DNA of 64,000 nt from Saprolegnia diclina VS20 (Eukaryota), in contig NW_008246076.1 in assembly GCF_000281045.1 (NCBI RefSeq), forward strand, positions 62,001 through 126,000, read 5' to 3'. Position 1 is the stretch's first letter; each line of letters starts with the position of its first letter. The translations under genes were made by a program, and so were the position numbers. Below, piece after piece: positions 61,039 to 64,000 of the stretch. The notes under the pieces are model-generated. The model was not told the DNA's origin. It searched no databases and was given only the letters and a program-made list of their open reading frames with translations.

Positions 61039-61824
61039 TCACTTGTTGGGCTTTAATGGACTCTGAATTTGGGCGTACGGCGTAATGTTGCTCTCGCCCA
61101 AGAGGTACAAGACGTCGTCGACGTCGCTGACGAGCGCGTAGAACGCGCTCACGAGGTCGATCTCGGTCGCGAGGCGTGTCACCATGAGACGTTCGCCGAG
61201 GTCGGCAAGGTAAAAGCTTTGTGTACACGGGCACGGCAGTTCGCGCCCCACGAGTCGCTGCACGAGCCGCTCGTTGCAGAGGACGCTGGGAAAAAGCTGC
61301 TCGATAGTAGCCCGACTGATGCGCAAGTAGAGCATGCCAATGCCCTTGACGAGGCTCACGTCGGTCTCGACCTCAATGTAGTCGTACGCATGGCACTCCT
61401 TGCGGATGTTGGGAAAACAGCTCGCGTACGCCTGCCAATTCGCAATGATGGCGTCGACGCCGGTGCCCGGCGCGCCAATGACCGTCGCATCGTGCGTGAA
61501 GAGCTGCCGCATGATTGCCAGTTGGTAGCGTTCGCGCGATGGGTCCTCAAGCGCGTAGCCGTGCATGAGCGCGTCGCAGTACTCGCGGCAGCGTGCGACG
61601 CCGCTCGTGGCGCCCAGCGTCGGCGCCTGCGGCGGCAGCATGATGGCCATCGTGTCCATCCGGCCCTCGAGCCGCGCCGTCTCACGCGTGAGCGCGTACA
61701 CCTGCTTCTCGAGCGCGGCCATGTGCACGCGAGCCTCTTCGCGGTACCGGCGCTGGTTGTTCCGGCACTGGATCTGCCGGCGCTCGGTCGCCTTCTGCGT
61801 GCGCGGCGCCCGGCTTGTCGGCAT
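61039..61824 (-). CDS. Oomycete Cys-type bZIP transcription factor
   Basis: RRQIQCRNNQRRYR, zipper, and 'LFPSVL..LVQRLVGREL' domain. Confidence 0.87.
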   Translation of the reverse strand: MPTSRAPRTQKATERRQIQCRNNQRRYREEARVHMAALEKQVYALTRETARLEGRMDTMAIMLPPQAPTLGATSGVARCREYCDALMHGYALEDPSRERYQLAIMRQLFTHDATVIGAPGTGVDAIIANWQAYASCFPNIRKECHAYDYIEVETDVSLVKGIGMLYLRISRATIEQLFPSVLCNERLVQRLVGRELPCPCTQSFYLADLGERLMVTRLATEIDLVSAFYALVSDVDDVLYLLGESNITPYAQIQSPLKPNK

Positions 61825-63229
61825 GGCCGGCGGCAATGAAAAATGACACAGCCTGTCGACCGCCGTTTGTGCCTTTATCGAAAACGTCTCAATATAGCTA
61901 CAAATCTCGCATCTGTCTCGCAACCCGCGCTGTGACGTCCAAGGAGGATGGGCAAGGATGACTCCAGCTGGTGCACTGCGAAATCTACTTCGGCGCGCAC
62001 GGCGGCGAGATGTGGTGTGACAGGATGGTTCGCTGTGAGCTGCTCAGTTACGCACGTTCGTCAAGCTCAAATTGAGCGAAATTGAGCAATTTCATTGCGC
62101 ATCGCCAGTCGCAGAGGCGCAAGTGATTCGTCGCGAGGCCGCAAAGCGTCGTTTGTGGTAATCATTTTAGAGAGCGATCGGGCGCTGTGGAGGAAGAGCC
62201 GGCTGGACCTCGCTGCGATTGGCTACACCCTAGCTATTCTACGACGGCGTACCTGTACAAGATACTTGCATGCTCGCCGTGGCACCGGATGGGAAAGTTA
62301 CGATAAGTGCGGTTCAGCCCACCTGGGTGACGGTGACGCACCATGCAGATGCTTCAACTCATTTGACGTGCTCCTCAAGGAGCGACGGACGCAGCGGGGC
62401 AAGTGGCGCGTGCCTCTGGCTTGGGTCGACGCTATACGACACATAATCGTAGCGTGATGGGCAGCGCCGCCTTAGGTGCACGATGGCTTCCTCGCTGCTG
62501 GCCTTCGCGGCTGACCCGAACGGGTCGGCCAATGAGCGTGCTTCTAGCCTACAAACACAGAACACGTCGTACCACTTTGCGCACTAACGTCAGGCAAGCG
62601 AGCAGATGCTGGCGCTGGACACAACGGCGATATCAGGGGCACTGGAACAATTTTGCATCCGAGCTGCGGCACGAGGACCACGACAAAATAGCCTAGTTGT
62701 TTAGGATTGAAATGCCTTTGAAAACGCTATTTTGGAGCATGGGACACGAGAAGATTTGTGCGTCGGGCTCGATCGGGCGACTCGCGATCGCGATCTGATT
62801 GGTTGCGCGCTTTCGGGAAAGCACCCATTTCAAATGGCAACACAGCATGACGGCAATGTTGCATTTTGGCCCATGATTTTCCTCAATTTTTTCGATATGT
62901 AACATAAAGCGCACCATTTTTCAACGCGAAGTTCGTCGTCGAAAAGACAAAATTCCTGCAATCAAACCTTCACAATGAAAGTGACCCAAACGTTGCGACT
63001 TGAAAGACACACGACGTGTCGCGGTTGGTCGACTTGGCGTTTAGCTGCTCGTTACAACTACAATATTGTACTTCCTCCAACAATGGGCTGCGTTGGTGGT
63101 GGAAGAAATAGCTGTTTTAAACGGGCAAAATTTCAATTCCACAGCCCCATTTTCAAACAATCGTCGTGTATCCTTCCACTTCAACCGCATCTATCCACTT
63201 CAACCGCATCGTAGCCATAGTGGCGGTCC

Positions 63230-63780
63230 GGTCCAGCTTGTCAGCCCTGATGCCCAACACAGCCTGCTCTGCGCTGCGCACGCCCGTGAAACGCACGACC
63301 ACCTTCTGGTGCGCCGTCCATCCATCCGCGAGGTCTGGCGCCTTCGACCCGATGCGCGAAATTTTGCAGCTGCAACTTCCATTGTCGGTCGGCGGCTTTC
63401 TCTACGATGCAGTCGCCATGCCGTTCTCAGCCCGCAAGTCAACCACCCGTGCCTCTGGCCAATCTTGCGCGCTTGCGTCTGTACAATCTTTGGCTCGAAC
63501 GCAACAACTGCGTGTTCCGCACGGCGTTGATGCCCCTTCCCGCTGCTGCGCTCGCGATCAAAGCAGCGACTATCACGCGATTGCATATCCCGCCCTTGGC
63601 TCGTCGCGCCGCGGTGCCTTCGCTCGCCGAGTCGCTTCATGCCCTACGCGCCGACCCTTGGTGTGCTCGCTACCTCATTCCCAACTCAATCCCGAGCCCC
63701 GACCAAGCGCCCTCAGCTTGACGTACCGGCCAAACCTCAAGCGCATTAGGACGTCCACCATCTTCACTATATAATTGCAT
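63230..63780 (+). mobile_element. Degenerate 3' end of a non-LTR retrotransposon (L1/Tx1-like ORF2 zinc-knuckle region)
   Basis: 'LLCAAHARETHDHLLVRRPSIREVW' (decayed C..C..ET..HL..C..W) and 'LYNLWLERNNCVF' (W-x-E-R-N-x2-F) in different frames; second copy at 44566-44761. Confidence 0.7.
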
Positions 63781-64000
63781 CTTCACTAACTCATTTCAAC
63801 AACAACCGCATCGTATCCACCAACTGCCACACGGTGTGTCGCCGGCGGTTGCGGCGGGTGAGTCTTCGCCGTCCCGCAGCCGATCCTACAAGACGCTGCG
63901 TGATTGCCACCCGCTCTTGGATTCGAATCACGAATTTTGGAAGAAACCGCCGAAACCCGCTGCATATTTCGACTTGGCGGCCATTATCCTAGAACTATGA

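Noticed and set aside
59491..61066. Long ORFs of 376-620 aa spanning 59.5-61 kb
   Set aside because: They are artefacts of translating through the N gap

Overview
Gene-dense, GC-rich eukaryotic genomic DNA with many short (about 40-55 nt) GT-AG introns. A GPCR-PIP kinase fusion, atypical bZIPs, C-x4-C..C-x2-HGG repeat proteins and Inr/FPR core promoters point to an oomycete, probably Saprolegniales (inference). About 33 protein-coding genes are supported: a DUF4203/TMEM198-like tandem array, GPCR-PIPK, PLPBP, an LRR protein, an insulinase, HSF, DNAAF2-like, an inositol polyphosphate kinase, a VOC protein, a PX protein, CFAP70-like, a LURP/tubby-C cluster, three secreted GPI-type paralogs, DOPA dioxygenase, a TIS11-like CCCH protein, an OTU deubiquitinase, HAUS7-like and three bZIPs. 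There are also two pseudogenes, a 639-bp inverted duplication, two LINE 3' fragments and an assembly gap (59911-60847). The most interesting observation is 15761-16405(-). It looks like a truncated 2-oxoglutarate dehydrogenase E2, but appears to be a mitochondrial lipoyl domain fused to a complete KGD4/MRPS36-like adaptor with no catalytic domain, a possible E3BP-like subunit. All family calls come from recognising motifs by eye. For multi-exon genes the coordinates give the whole start-to-stop span.
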